A stretch of DNA of 62,579 nucleotides, filler included, from Rhabdomonas costata (GCA_019059605.1; 20 parts of 20 records of this genome joined end to end with filler, not necessarily neighbours in it); one strand, 5' to 3'. Numbered from the whole stretch's first letter, positions 1 through 12,621 are shown. Program-made: numbers and translations. The notes: generated from the sequence alone by a model not told the origin.

Positions 1-724
1 TGTGTTGGTTGTTTGGGTGGGGGTGGTAAAGGAGGTGGACAGAGGGCCATTGGAGTAGTGGTACGTAGTGGTTGTCGTGACGATGGGGGTGAGAGAGGAG
101 GACGAGGCCATGCTCGGATGGTTTTTTGATCGGATAGTGGGGGAAAGGGATTGAGGGGAGCGATTGCGGGCGGAGGGTGGGATCAGTGCTGCACGCGCTC
201 AGATCTCTTTCCGAACTTTTTTTTTCAAAGAGTAGCGAATGGAAGGGGGTCGAGAAGAAGGGTGAGGAGAACAACGCAAGAGAGGAGGGTGAGAAGACAA
301 CACACTGAGCGACGTACAAAAAGAGAAGAGAATCTGGGACACCGGAATGACAAAGCCCTGCGTTTTACGGCAGACTTGGGTGGGGGAGGAGCATAATCAG
401 CGCTACGCTAACCTCGACCGGTACAGAATGCTTAGCCTCCACCGATTTGAAATGCAGGCATGCCGATCGCCCAGAAGGATGGTGACATGATATAAACTCC
501 ATAAAGCCGATGCACGAGAAGGGTATTCATTTAAGCTTTGCTCAGGTGCTGACTGTGTTTCAAAGCCAGCATTTTCTGCGAACAGTTAAAAAGCTGAGGA
601 GACGGCACTTCTGGCATTCAAACCTGCAATGGCCGCAACGATTGGACCCAGGCACGGATGAAGCACAGTCCAAACGACATTGTGTCCTCTCCGCCATATT
701 CCCTTGTGCTTCTGTTCAGAGTAC

Positions 725-836
725 CTCGTCCGCGTACCAGCTCGATTTCCATTGTCGATTGGACCTCACTCAGACTTACACGATGTTTCCAAAATTCAAT
801 TAGTTCGTTTTCAATCTCATTCGCCCTCTGCAAACT
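725..836 (-). CDS. Isolated exon of an unknown protein (SLQRANEIENELIEFWKHRVSLSEVQSTMEIELVRGR)
   Basis: Open frame bounded by a CAG acceptor and a GTAC donor, with protein-like composition. No family recognised. Confidence 0.3.
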
Positions 837-1872
837 CTGTGCCGAGTAAGGAAGGGCCACATCTTATTGGTCGAACACCTGCAGCGACAAGGAACGGAAC
901 GGAAGCTCAGAGGCCCTGGTGAAGAATGGTTATGGTTTCCCAGTGAGGAGGCTAGTTCGTAAGTCACCACACAAACGCACGGAAAAGACGGGAAATCCGT
1001 TCTCAGTTTGTTGCTTTAGATTTTGTCTAAATCGGAGCAAAATAAAGAAGCAGAGCAACAGGCCACCCGTCCATAAACTGTACACTCCTCTCTTTTGGGT
1101 GAGTACAGGCACAGGTCTGCACAGGTCCCGAATTAGGAACCGGCTGAAACAGAATTAGGAAATCGAAAGCAAAGCCGCAGTCAGTACACGGCAGAAAGGG
1201 ACCACGTAGAAGCGGGGGAAAACGCGGCCAGGAGTTCTCCACCAGCACCCCTTACATGCGGGAAAGCCACCGCATCTCCGAATGTGAGCGGACCGCCTGT
1301 CCACCTGCCCGCACTGAGAAGCAGGCTGCAGAGTGCGCCCCCAAAGCTGAAGAGGAATGGCTGTGGGGTGGGCCATGGAAAACCCGGTCGGCGCAACCTG
1401 TGTGCCGCTCGGCAAGTTAAGTCGCCAATCCCCGGGAGGGAAAGAAGCAGAAGCTTCCACCTCCACGCTACATCACTATAATGGTGTGCAGGCCATCTGT
1501 ACAAAACCTCTCTCAGGAGAAAGAGGAGTGCCAAAGAGTTGCGTTGACACCACAGCAACCACCGCAGATAAAGGACAGTGAGTGGCAGTGGGCAAATGCA
1601 CCGCAGGCAAGGGCAGCTGCAGCGCCAAACGCTTGGTTACGGTGCAAACCTGATGCGCAGCTCCCCCGAAACCGTTGCAACGGGGAGCAGATACATTGTG
1701 AGAGGACGGGGAAGAGCAAGAGAACATGATAGATAAGACCGAGAAAGCTACAGAGAATGTTTCCGGCCAAGGGAGCGAGAGCCAATGAGTCAACGCAAAC
1801 CAGCCACACAAGAGTTGTAGCAGCGAACGCAACTGTAAATCATAGCTCACCCCCCACTCCACCCTGGCCCCC

Positions 1873-2891
1873 TCACTTCGAGGCTTGGACAGAGGTCGGG
1901 GAGGACATCAACGAAAAGCTCCGGTTGAACTGCTCAGAGAGGTCAGCCCACCTAATGTCGCAGGTAGGGGGAGTATAGACTGCTACGATTGGAAGAGAGG
2001 AAGTATGGCGGCGGGCGAATTAAAGTCTTGGAAAAGAAGGGGATCCGGTTCCGTCCCAGCCAACGCAGAGGACATTACTTGGGGGGAACTGCAATGACGT
2101 GACGTTGCCATCGAAAATGGGAATCAAAGCCTACACACAATTCAGTCAAAGGGTGGATAGCCATCGGCCTTCAAATAACAACACACTTTCGAAACAAAAT
2201 CTGCCCCCTTATGACCTTGTGACCCGTATGGCAGCAATAAAAAAGTCACACACAGGTGAAGGAGGCCCGGGTTAAAAGGATCAAGAATCGGGGCCAACCA
2301 GCCAACGAGTGCTGGGCACCGTCACGAAAACCGCAGTCTGCCTGATGAACCTCTCCCACCCTTCCGCTCCTTTTCCCGTGCAATGGCACTGACGAATACT
2401 AACCTCGCTCGGTTCGCCGCCATGTTCTCCGTGGCCCAGCGGACGCTCGGGAAGAGCTGCACCATCATCGCCCAGAACTTCGTGCCCACAAAGTCAATGA
2501 AGCCCACCTGTGGTCGGAGAGGTGAGCGTGTGTGTGCTCGCCTCAGACAATTTCACATCTTCGAACATCTTCGCCTTTGATATTGAAGGCAAACTCGTAT
2601 CCAGCAAGGACTTCACAACAAGGGGACTTGTGCCATGTACGTGTAAAGGGAACGTTTGTCACAATGATGTCAAAATCGGGAACCATCGCTTGCCAAACGG
2701 GAATCCTGCGAGCGCCCCCGCATTCGACCACGCACCAAGCATTGTCGCCTACGAGCATAATGCAGCAAGAGAGCCCAGCCAGCTCTTTGAGGAAAATCAG
2801 CTGCACCAGTAGCCATATCACACACATTTTTTCCGCAACTCCACACTTGCAGGCAATCACTGATGCACACCTGGCCCTTGGCAAGCTCAGC
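1873..2891 (-). CDS. 3',5'-cyclic nucleotide phosphodiesterase (class I), last three exons: 2891-2871, 2507-2404, 1951-1873
   Basis: The spliced product AELAKGQ/VGFIDFVGTKFWAMMVQLFPSVRWATENMAANRAR/WADLSEQF...* contains the PDEase I QxGFIDF motif and the terminal NxxxW helix. Both introns are GT-AG and phase-consistent. Stop is TGA. Confidence 0.85.
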
Positions 2892-3040
2892 CTGCGAATA
2901 ACACAAAAGAGGGCAAAGAGGAGCAGGGGGTAGGGAGTTCACCTTTAAACGATATATTCAGCTCTATTACTAAGTCCCTGAGCGACATTCAGCTGCATGG
3001 GATTAGGAGGATGCACCAGCACCACCAAATCCAAAACCAC

Positions 3041-3140
3041 NNNNNNNNNNNNNNNNNNNNNNNNNNNNNNNNNNNNNNNNNNNNTTAATTAATTAANNNN
3101 NNNNNNNNNNNNNNNNNNNNNNNNNNNNNNNNNNNNNNNN
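3041..3140. other. Artificial contig spacer (N44 + TTAATTAATTAA + N44). It is the first of 19; contigs start at 1, 3141, 6280, 9421, 12564, 15703, 18842, 21978, 25111, 28248, 31382, 34516, 37647, 40779, 43909, 47038, 50170, 53292, 56420 and 59551
   Basis: An identical 100-nt block with a six-frame stop linker recurs about every 3.13 kb. The flanking sequences are unrelated. Confidence 0.99.
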
Positions 3141-4728
3141 GTGTTGGTGTGTTTGGGTTTGTGGTGGCTCCACTTTACCGGATTCCAAAACACCGGACCA
3201 CATTGAGTGGCAGAGTGGCAGGGTTTTTCTCTTGATTTCAGCAGTTTCACGAGTTTTACGAGCAATTTTTGGCTTGTGGTAGCCAGATTTGATCGTTGTA
3301 TTCCTTTCCGTTTGACTTGATCTTAACTGAGCAGTTCTTCAAACTGGTCTCTGGTTTCTTAAATTTACAAAGCATTTGCGAGTCTGTGTCCGTCATAGCG
3401 CCCGGATCTTGTGAACGCGGTTGGTGCCTGTGGATGGAGGGAGAGCACCGTGTGTTGATCAGTTTAGGCCTGCCTGAGCATGTCGTGCAGGAGCTCACCT
3501 TCTGCTTAGAGGAGGTTGCGAATCTGATCGACCGGATTCTTTCCCGTCCTTGAAATCGCACTCACAGGCCATTCTGCACCTCATTCCTTGGGATCTTCTT
3601 TGACACCTGTCAAGCCCATCGGCTGGCCAGTCAAGGAGTTTATTGTTTTGTGTTGGTGTTTGTGCTGGTTGACGTTTCACCCTTGCGCTGGCTTTAGGTT
3701 CAGGAAAAGACTTCTCCACGCCCAAGGGGAACCGAGAGCATGCAAGCTGCATTGCATGCAAGCTGATAATGGCCCACGCACCGCCTGAGCTCAACAAATA
3801 ATGATTTTGTCGTGTTCCTCGAAAAAGATTGGTTAGTAACGTGTGATATCTCTGTGGATCTGTGAATGAAGGTTGCAGAGAAGTAATCGAATCAGCTTTG
3901 CTATCCTCTTGTCGGGGAATTTCGTGCATTGTAGTTTCTGCATGAGTTTTGACGGACGCTGTTTGTCGTTCGTGGGTTTCTGAAGGATAGGGATACAAAC
4001 AGTTTGAGGCACCGACACGTCGCGGCTATTTCTTCCTTTTTAGAAGGTCCGGGTTTCTTTTTTTGGTCTGCTGGTTGTCACGTTCCCCTGCAGTTCATCT
4101 GTATGACGCTTTTCTGAGCTCAACATTCCGACACATGGCGGATTCCTTTGAGGTGCAGCGCGCTATTTTTTTTTTGCGCCGCTTCTCTTTTTCGTGTGTT
4201 TATCTTGGTAATGGCCACTCTTTTAAAACTTAGATGTTTTTGATGGTAATAGCAGCACCATACTTTTGTTCACTGACCAGTGATCGCCACCACACAGAAG
4301 AAGGGGGAAGGAAACCAAGAACGCCAGCTGTAATCAGCGTTTTTCGGAGACGTGGTCCTGCTCTGTTGTCTATGGCCATCCATAGCCGGGCCTGTAATCG
4401 CATTCGGAGGAACGCCCCACCCATGGTCCAGCTGGTGGCCACTGAACCCTCTGTTTGCGGAACTGCTGCTATATGAGATAATTGCATCCCCGTATTTTGC
4501 GGCTGCCAGTTTCCGAGTGTGGAGTCCTAGGAGCGCTCCGTGATGCCGATGGGTTTCCACAGCTGCTGAAGCGTTCCGTTCACCCTGGCTTGGCTGGAAG
4601 GCATGGTTGCTAGCGTTGCTTGCAACATGACACAGGTGGCAAGGGTACTTCTGTAAAATTTCGAAAAGGATCGCCATCCTGTGGATCAACGCGATCTTCT
4701 CTCCGGTACTGTGCCACTGTCCTCGCAG

Positions 4729-5983
4729 GTTGGGGAGTCGAGCACCCCACAGCCCGAGGCAGATGTGTCACCCAGGCAGCCCCTCCACCGCCCTACTGCC
4801 GACGCTCAGCAGCCAAGCGAGGTCAGTAGTCCTCACATTTCTTCTTTGAGCGTCCGGTTTCTGTTTCCCATAACTTAGCCAAAACAGTTGCATAACATCA
4901 CGGAAGTTTCTCAGCGCATTTCCTGTCCACAGACCTTCCGCGACAATTTTGCCGATGCAAGTGGGTCGCCGTTCTGACCTAAAAACCTAAAAGCTTCATT
5001 GGCGCCACCGCTTCCCGTCTCTGGCTCCGCTGGAGAACTGAGCCACCCCTGAACACAACCATGCAAGACCGTGCAATCCTTTTTTTGGCATAGGCTCACC
5101 CGCATGGCTTGCTGGATAGCCGCGGCCCGAGCCCGGACGGGGCCGACCCCTACGCCTCGGACTTCGATGAGGACCCCGGGGCTGGGGGCCACTCCGGCGG
5201 CAGCCACCGCAGCGCTGACTCTGAAGAGGACTTCGGAGAGACGCTCTCCAAGGATGACCTCCGGGTTCTCGCAGACTTTCTCCCGAGAATATAGTGCTGT
5301 GGTTTATTGAAGCTGGTGTTTTTGCTTGGGTTAATTTGGTAACGATCACTGTGCACTTGCAAACCCCCTAACTGGTTGGTACCCTCTTTTTGAAACGGCA
5401 AGCTATTTGGAGAGTGGGATTGATTCATCACACATTCTGAGGTGCTTGTTTTTTTTTAACTTTTCGGTGTATGTCATTGAATTCCTGCGCACCTTCCTCC
5501 CTCTCTACTCATTTTGCTTCCGTTTTTTTTTCACATTTTCCGAAAAACAGGGATATCTGCTGTCCTGCAATTTTCCGGTGGTTTTGAGTGTGATTTCTTT
5601 CAGGAACAGAGCTAACCGAGCAGTTATCCAGTCCTATGATGTTCCCATCGCATGTCGCTATGTTGACTTCTCCCTGGAGCTGACAAACTGCCGGCTCTTC
5701 AGAACTGCGGAATCCTTCGTGCGGCCCCAATGGTCGGTTCTTATGCTTCCTTGTTTTCTGCGGCAGGGTCCTCGGAGTGCCTCGGAGTCGGGCCGGCGTC
5801 TCTCGCTTTCCCACAGCAGAGAGGAATCCGCAGTGCCGCTGACCTCCTCTCCCACGCACAGTGACCAGGGCGAGGGCCGCACCAGTTCCGCCGCAACGAG
5901 CTCTTCCTCAGGCTCCTCCTCCAATTCTGAGGGGGCGGGGGCCATCACCCCCACCCCCGAGGGGGAAGGCCCGCAAGGCGGAG
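4729..5983 (+). CDS. Low-complexity Ser/Asp/Glu/Pro-rich protein, three internal exons (4729-4821, 5094-5264, 5767-5983)
   Basis: GC-rich segments bounded by AG and GT join in frame (phase 0): ...QQPSE/AHPHGLLDSRG...DDLR/GPRSASESG... No domain recognised. Confidence 0.55.
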
Positions 5984-7432
5984 GTACACGCCACTCTCGT
6001 CTCCCATCCGCATCCCACATGGGTTGATTGGTTGATGTTGAGGCTTGCCTTTGCAGCGCGGCATTTCTGCATGCTTCTCGCGCACCTCTCTGTGCTATCC
6101 CCGGTTCTTTAACACCACACAGACTGCGCTGTAATGCCGTTTTAAGTTAAGCGCAGTCTGTGTGGTGTTAAAAAACCCCNNNNNNNNNNNNNNNNNNNNN
6201 NNNNNNNNNNNNNNNNNNNNNNNTTAATTAATTAANNNNNNNNNNNNNNNNNNNNNNNNNNNNNNNNNNNNNNNNNNNNTTGTTTTGGGCCACTCGGCCT
6301 GTTTGGGTAGCGTGGCGAGACGTGCAGTCCCGCATGGGCCACAGCGACGCCCTGCACATCCGGTATTGCCGAAATGCCCCGGAATGCTCCTCCCCTGGAA
6401 AGTATGGGCGCAAGGCTGCACCCCGCATATTTCTTTTCGGCCCTTTCTGCTCTTTCGTTTTGGACCTGCGCTTTTGCATTCATGTCCTTTTTTCCTGTGG
6501 GATGGGGTCGCGCAGACTGTCGCGTCTTTGATCCCGTTTCAGTGAGGCATAGCTTTCGCCTGTTGTTGCAATCTCCTCGTCACCTTCCGAGGGCATAAGA
6601 ACCACGACAACCGGTGCGAAGAGATCTTCAACCGAGAGGGTCTTCAACCGCACAGGTTAGCTTTTTGTCTGAATTCTCTGTCCTTCTCCTCTTCTCCTCT
6701 CTTCTCCTCCTCCTCGGTGAATTCTCCTGTTTTCTGTGACTGTTGGCGTTGCCCCTGTGTCCGCGGGGTCCAGCGTGCTCTTCCTTTGCTTTCCTACCTC
6801 CGATGTTTTTGTTTCCATCGGAAAAAGAGGGTCCTTCGACATAAACCACACACGTTGTTCTAGACTCTGACATTCCACCTGTGTCCTTGTGGTCGCTTGG
6901 CCAGCTCACCAACCGCACCGCGAGGAGCGGGTCTTTTCTCGCAATCTGTCATTCCTTTATGCTGTTGATTTCTCACTTCTCTCTTCTTTTTCTCTCGGCG
7001 ATGGCTTGTTACTCTCTTTTCTTTTTTTACTTCCTCGTGCTCTATGCGAGTTCTGCACCCACTCAGAGCAGCTCGCTGTGGGTCGAGCTGCTCTGAAGTG
7101 AGGAGTAGGACACCACTCCGTCACTCATTGAACAGATTTCGTTCATTCCCAACTTCTGAACCGGTGTTGCTGAGACATTTGTGCTTTTGGTTGTTTCATG
7201 ATGTCTTTCTACATCAAAAGAACCTTTGGGATTTCAGCTCCATTTAGAGCATTGACGGTGGGTTTGGCGGTTGCTAATCCCGATACGTGGTAGGGTCACG
7301 ATGTACATCAAAGAGCAAATGGTGTATGTCTGTTTCTCTTCTTGTGGAGCACTTCACACCCACCACAGCTCACTTGCCATTCTATTGTGCTCTTGTAGTG
7401 AAGCCTCAAGAAAATTCACAGATCACATGGCT

Positions 7433-7458
7433 ATAGGGTTTGGGTTAAGGTTAGGGTT
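7433..7458 (+). repeat. Short degenerate TTAGGG (telomere-like) tract
   Basis: TAGGGTTTGGGTTAAGGTTAGGGTT. Confidence 0.55.
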
Positions 7459-7745
7459 CCGGAATATCAACCCATGGTGAGTCCTTGTCTCATCCTGGAT
7501 TTGCCCCCTGTTTACTGTGCAATTAGTTGCTCTGTAACCCAAATGAGCAACCCTCACAACCCTTGCAGACACTCTCAGATCATCCCTTTGTGCATTGCGT
7601 CTTTTTGCTCGTGGTTTTTTAGTCGCTCATCCATATCCCAGTGCTCTTTTCAGCCACAATATCTTTTCGTGCGTTTTTCTTTCCCTTTGTTGTGTTCCTT
7701 TTATCACCCCACTTTTCGCGCGCTGCTTTCTCTTGCCTCGTCGCA

Positions 7746-9320
7746 ATGAGTGGTCGGCTTATTTGGAGACGCTCTGTTGCCCCACCAATGAGTCCACTGG
7801 GCTCCGGTACTTCTTTCGTGACTCCTGCACGGTCCCCGCCTGGTAGTGGTATGGCTCCCCCTGCAGTCACCCCCGCTTCCGCAATCCCAAAACCCTGCGC
7901 TCTCCAGCGCTGCGTGCGCTCTCTGTATACGCTGCTGATTGCTGCACTGCTGCTCTGCGTGGTCTCGTCCACAGCAGTGGTATGGGGTATCAATCTCAGC
8001 TCCGCGGCGACCAACACGGCCAACATGGCCGAATCGCAGACCCGAACGGCCGTGCGGCAGCAGGCAGTCACCATCGCTGGAAGTCTGAGTGACTCGCGGT
8101 ACTTCTCCGACTCCGATGCGCTGTGGATGCAGAGCCAGGGGGTCTCCCAGTCTGGCCGGGTGGGCTGGGATTTTCTACGTCGTGTGATCCTTCCTCGTCT
8201 GATTCTGAGGCATTTAGATGGGGCCTTCTGCACCGTCAGCTTTGTGGGCACCTCGGATGACCTTTTGGTTGCGGTCGCGGTTGAGAATCGCGGCACCTCG
8301 CAGGAGACTTGGCACCTGTACACATCCAATGCTACGGATACGCCGATGAATGCCCAAATCATTCAACCCTCCTACGATGGGAGCTACGTTGTAGTCAGCG
8401 AGGAATCCTCTTCAGGTGCCCAATACACCACTCGCCTTTATTCATGGTTCCAGAACACCAAGCCCGGGCCCGCGAAGTTCATCCCCATCTACTTCAGTGG
8501 GCAAACCGCTGTACCGTACATCTTTGCAGGTGTGCGAACGCAGCTGAGTGGGGGCCAAGCGGTGGTATTTACGAATGGAATTCGCACCAATGGTTTCTCT
8601 GAAGAGTTTCGGCTGAACCTCGGCGAAGGGGGTGTGGTGTATGCCGTGGAGCGATCGGATGCTGCATTCCTTCTGGCAGCCAGTCGGGGTGCAGTGTACA
8701 CCTTGGTGGGGATGCAATCCTTTGGATTGCCTGCAGTCAACAGCGAGGATGCCCTAATTCGAGAGAGCGCGGCCGTGCTGATCCACCCCGGACCATGGTG
8801 GTTGTCCGTGCCAGAGTACTCCATGCATCGGCTGAGCGATGGGAACCAGTACTTCATATTGACGCAGCCGCTTCTGGGGGATGGGCTGAACTATCTACTG
8901 GTGCAAGTCACACCCGAGGACACCGTGATGAGGGGTGTGAAGCAAGCCACGACGGTCACCATCATCATATGCTCGGTTCTTCTTTTGTTTGATGTTGTGA
9001 TAGCGGTGGTGCTCGGGATCCTGCTGGCACGTCCGCTGAGCCGAATGCACCGCCGGATGGTGAACCTTGCCGCGCTGAACTTCGAGAACAACTTGGATGG
9101 TGGAGAGCCAAGCCGGCGAGCTGCATTCGCGCTTGTGGATGAGTTGGAAGCTGCGCTTCGGCGGCTGCACAATGGGGTGCAGTCGTTTGCGAAGTACGTT
9201 CCGATGGAGCTTCTGCGGCACCTGCTGAGCCAGCCCGTGCACACCGGCGCCTTCATGGATCACCGTGTAGTGACCGTGGCCTTCTGCGACCTGCAGAAGT
9301 TTCATGTTTACCACAACACC
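7746..9320 (+). CDS. Receptor-type class III adenylate/guanylate cyclase, 5' part (TM - extracellular Cache-like sensor - TM - HAMP - start of cyclase domain); truncated by contig end
   Basis: A frame of >500 codons with two hydrophobic helices (LYTLLIAALLLCVVSSTAVVWGI and VTIIICSVLLLFDVVIAVVLGILL). These are followed by a HAMP-like segment (RPLSRM...DELEAAL), the SFAKYVP linker and VTVAFCDL, the first metal-binding Asp motif of class III cyclases. Confidence 0.88.
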
Positions 9321-9947
9321 NNNNNNNNNNNNNNNNNNNNNNNNNNNNNNNNNNNNNNNNNNNNTTAATTAATTAANNNNNNNNNNNNNNNNNNNNNNNN
9401 NNNNNNNNNNNNNNNNNNNNGTGGTGTGGGGAAAGGGAATAATAGGCATTTATCCCAAAACATGGATGATGGTTCAGAGTGACCCGGTATTTGGGATTCA
9501 TTTACTGGTGCTGTTTTCCTCTTCGACACTCACCATTATCCACATCCCACTTGTTCCTGCGCGATTGCTTCCGCTTGTTTCATGTGAGCCGGGGAAGATC
9601 AGCTTGTGAGTAGAAATATCATGGAACCCTGGGAACATGTGCAAATGTGTGTTGCAGGTGATGTCGGAGAATCCTATAACACGGTACAACAAGCTCAAGC
9701 TGCCCTCGCAGACGGTTTGTGTTTTTAATGGAGCTATCTTCTTCTAAATTTTTCTTTCTTTCTTTCTTTCTTTCTTTAAGCATTAGCTCCTCCTGTAGAT
9801 TCATTCTGCCTGCCGCACCTGTCACCCGTTTGCAAAGAACACTATGTGTCTGTAATCCGCAAAACTACAGTGACTTTCCAGCAAATGAGCAATAGATCCG
9901 CTGACGCCCTGGTCTTCCAACATTCACAGGTAATCGCAAGCGCAAGC

Positions 9948-12294
9948 CTTTTGGAAAGCATCCGAGAGCACAGTGATAATCATGTTGAGCAGCAAGAACA
10001 GCCCCAGCACAATGAACAGCCAGAAGAACACCCCGCTGAGCAAGGGGCTGGACTGCTTCAGCCCGCGGTAGTTGAACATCCCCAGCAGCATCTTCACCAA
10101 TGTTGAGTAGCCCCAGTTCACCGTACGCCACGCTGCACCCACCCGCACATCCACGGCAAAGTGATATCCCGGCCCTGCAACATCCCTCCTGCTTCTGGGC
10201 TCCATTGGGTTTGTCATTATCTGCAAGACACGAACGCAGCTGCAGCTGCGGTATCCCTTGGTGCCATTCTGGCACACAGGCTGGTGCGCGGTGGATCGGG
10301 GAAGGAAGACTGAGTGCCCCTTGCGCACTGACTAGGACAGACATGTCATATCATACATGTCATTACTGTCTCGAAGCGCAGCAGTATCCGCGAGAAGAAA
10401 TTACGGCGCTCCAGACATGTGACAATGCCACGCTGTCGGAGTTTAGGATTGAATGCGATGGTGATATGCAGCTGTTCAACGTTCGATGATGAAAGGAAAG
10501 GTGGGTCACCTTCCAGGCTGGTTCCGAACAGGAGGTTCCCCGACATCGCAAAGCACATCACCAGGTACGCGAAGACCAGCAGGATGCCAAAGACGTGCTG
10601 CTGCGCCAGGTCCACTGTGCGGGTGAGCATGTTCAGCCGGGAGTTCAGGCTGAAGTACTTCAGCAGCTTGACGAAAGTCAGAACGGTGTTGAAGGCGTTA
10701 ACGTAGGCCTAAGATGGGCCACGGCGCATGCGCCGTGGTAGGGAGGGGGTAGGGGAATGGAGTCAAAGCCACGATGCCCACAAAATTATATCAGCAGGTG
10801 GTGAGGCATCGCAGTGGTTTGTCATCGCACGCCGACGCGGCAGCACTGGGAAGCAAATCAATTTCGTTGGCACTCCCCAGACGCACGCCCGGAAGCGTGC
10901 GAAAATAAAGAGCCCGATGGCGCACAGGAGCGAAAGGCTAATTATAACAAAATGGAAACAACCGAATGGCAACTTTCGGGCAGGCGGAAAACTCAAGCGA
11001 ATGAAGAGCGTTGGTGATAAATGTGAGGCCATTTGAGCTAATCCGCACCTGGAGGTTGTAGAGGAACATGATGTTCTCGAGCTGGCCAGGGTACGCGGTA
11101 TGGGGGTAGGGCACCAACACTTCAGAGTCCCGAGAAAGCTTCCACCACGCCAGCTTGGCCCCGAAGACGAGCACAAAACCGACCAGGTTCACGAACTCCA
11201 GCACGCTCCAGATGTTGATAAAGCTAGCAACCCTGTGAGGCACAAAGGGTCCAAAGCCTTCCTCGAGTTCAGAGATGAGAACAGTGTTATAGGACGGAGA
11301 TAACTCATGAGAGCTATCTGTCGTTGGTCTTCATTTGCCATTGCCAGAGCCACAACAGCACAGCATTGGTTTGCTCCAACGGATCTCGTTTTCCTCCCTA
11401 GTGTTTGATGTGTTCGCCCTAATTACATCTGGTGGTTCAAAATTTCAGATTGTAACGAAGAAAAGCACGAAAAAATCCAGCCGATCCGTAAGTTCCGGTG
11501 CTTCGTCTGGTTGGGAATGTCGCTCAGGTGTGTGCGTGGAGTGGGTGGAGGTACAGGGGTACAACTACCGTCCAGTCTTGTTGTACTCCCGGGCGAAGTC
11601 CTTCACAAACTTCACAATGTAGTACAAAACAAAACAGAAGAAGAAGAAGTCGAACACCGTCTGCCACAGCCTTGCGGGGCTCCACACTCCGAAGCTCCGA
11701 AGCTAAAGCCGAGGCCACACATACACATCCAAACAAACAAAAAACCCACGCAAAGCTCACATACGTATGTGGAACAAGGAATTTGCCACCATCTGCCCAC
11801 AATTGCAAAGCTCAAAATAGGCCCATCCCAAGCGGCTTATCATCATGTGAGAAAGAATTTTCTTTTTCTTTTCAGAAAATGTAGCCGAGGGGCACGAGAC
11901 ACCAGCTGACGGTGGATGGAGTGACGCTGGTGCACTTCGGGAGGTTTTAATGTATAAAAAGACACCAGGTTTGTCCTCAACACTTTTCTCTGTCTGTAAA
12001 GTAAAAAATGTGAAAAAGATGATGCATAGGATCACCAAGCATCGGACGCATGGTGATGGTGTGATTAACACACTTGCACCCGCACCCGCGCCCGCACTAT
12101 ACATCACGACGGTCGCGAAGAACGAGAAATGTGGTGGAACGGGGTAGAAACACCTGCCACTGGGACGTCCACAGCCCAGAAGGGGCGACTTCACAGAACA
12201 TCTTCACTGACACAAAGAAGTCGAACTGGACGTTGTAGGCGAAAAACTCAGTGGTCACGAAGCGAGTGGCGAGCTCGTCCACAATTCCATAGTT
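9948..12294 (-). CDS. Polycystin-2 (PKD2/TRPP)-like cation channel, five exons: 12294-12154, 11702-11569, 11232-11049, 10708-10510, 10132-9948
   Basis: The exons join in frame and give TRFVTTEFFAYN, INIWSVLEFVNL, KLLKYFSLNSRLNMLTRT, GNLLFG, YSTLVKMLLGMFNY and LLNMIITVLSDAF. These match the PKD_channel TOP-domain end, transmembrane helices and pore. Confidence 0.92.
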
Positions 12295-12621
12295 CTGCGT
12301 GGAAGCCGTCAAAAGGTCACCCGCGAACGCCTCAGGACCCCGTGCATGGGCAATTACAATGAGAGCATACAATGGCTTGCGCCCACTGTGCGGAGATGTT
12401 GTTGTAGCTCGACTGAAAAGGGAACTCCAAAATGTAGCCTCCGGTGTGGTACGACCCACCACANNNNNNNNNNNNNNNNNNNNNNNNNNNNNNNNNNNNN
12501 NNNNNNNTTAATTAATTAANNNNNNNNNNNNNNNNNNNNNNNNNNNNNNNNNNNNNNNNNNNNGGGTTTGTGGGACGCCTGTGAGTGGTGCTCGAAAACG
12601 CTGCACTGTGCGTAAGAACCC

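Noticed and set aside
3085..3096. TTAATTAATTAA recurring at regular ~3.13-kb spacing
   Set aside because: It is an assembly linker inside N runs, not a biological repeat or CRISPR array. ORFs that run into it (ending XXX-LIN) are artefacts.
6108..6172. Perfect 23-bp hairpin that looks like a terminator or MITE
   Set aside because: It sits at the extreme contig end, which fits an amplification fold-back artefact.
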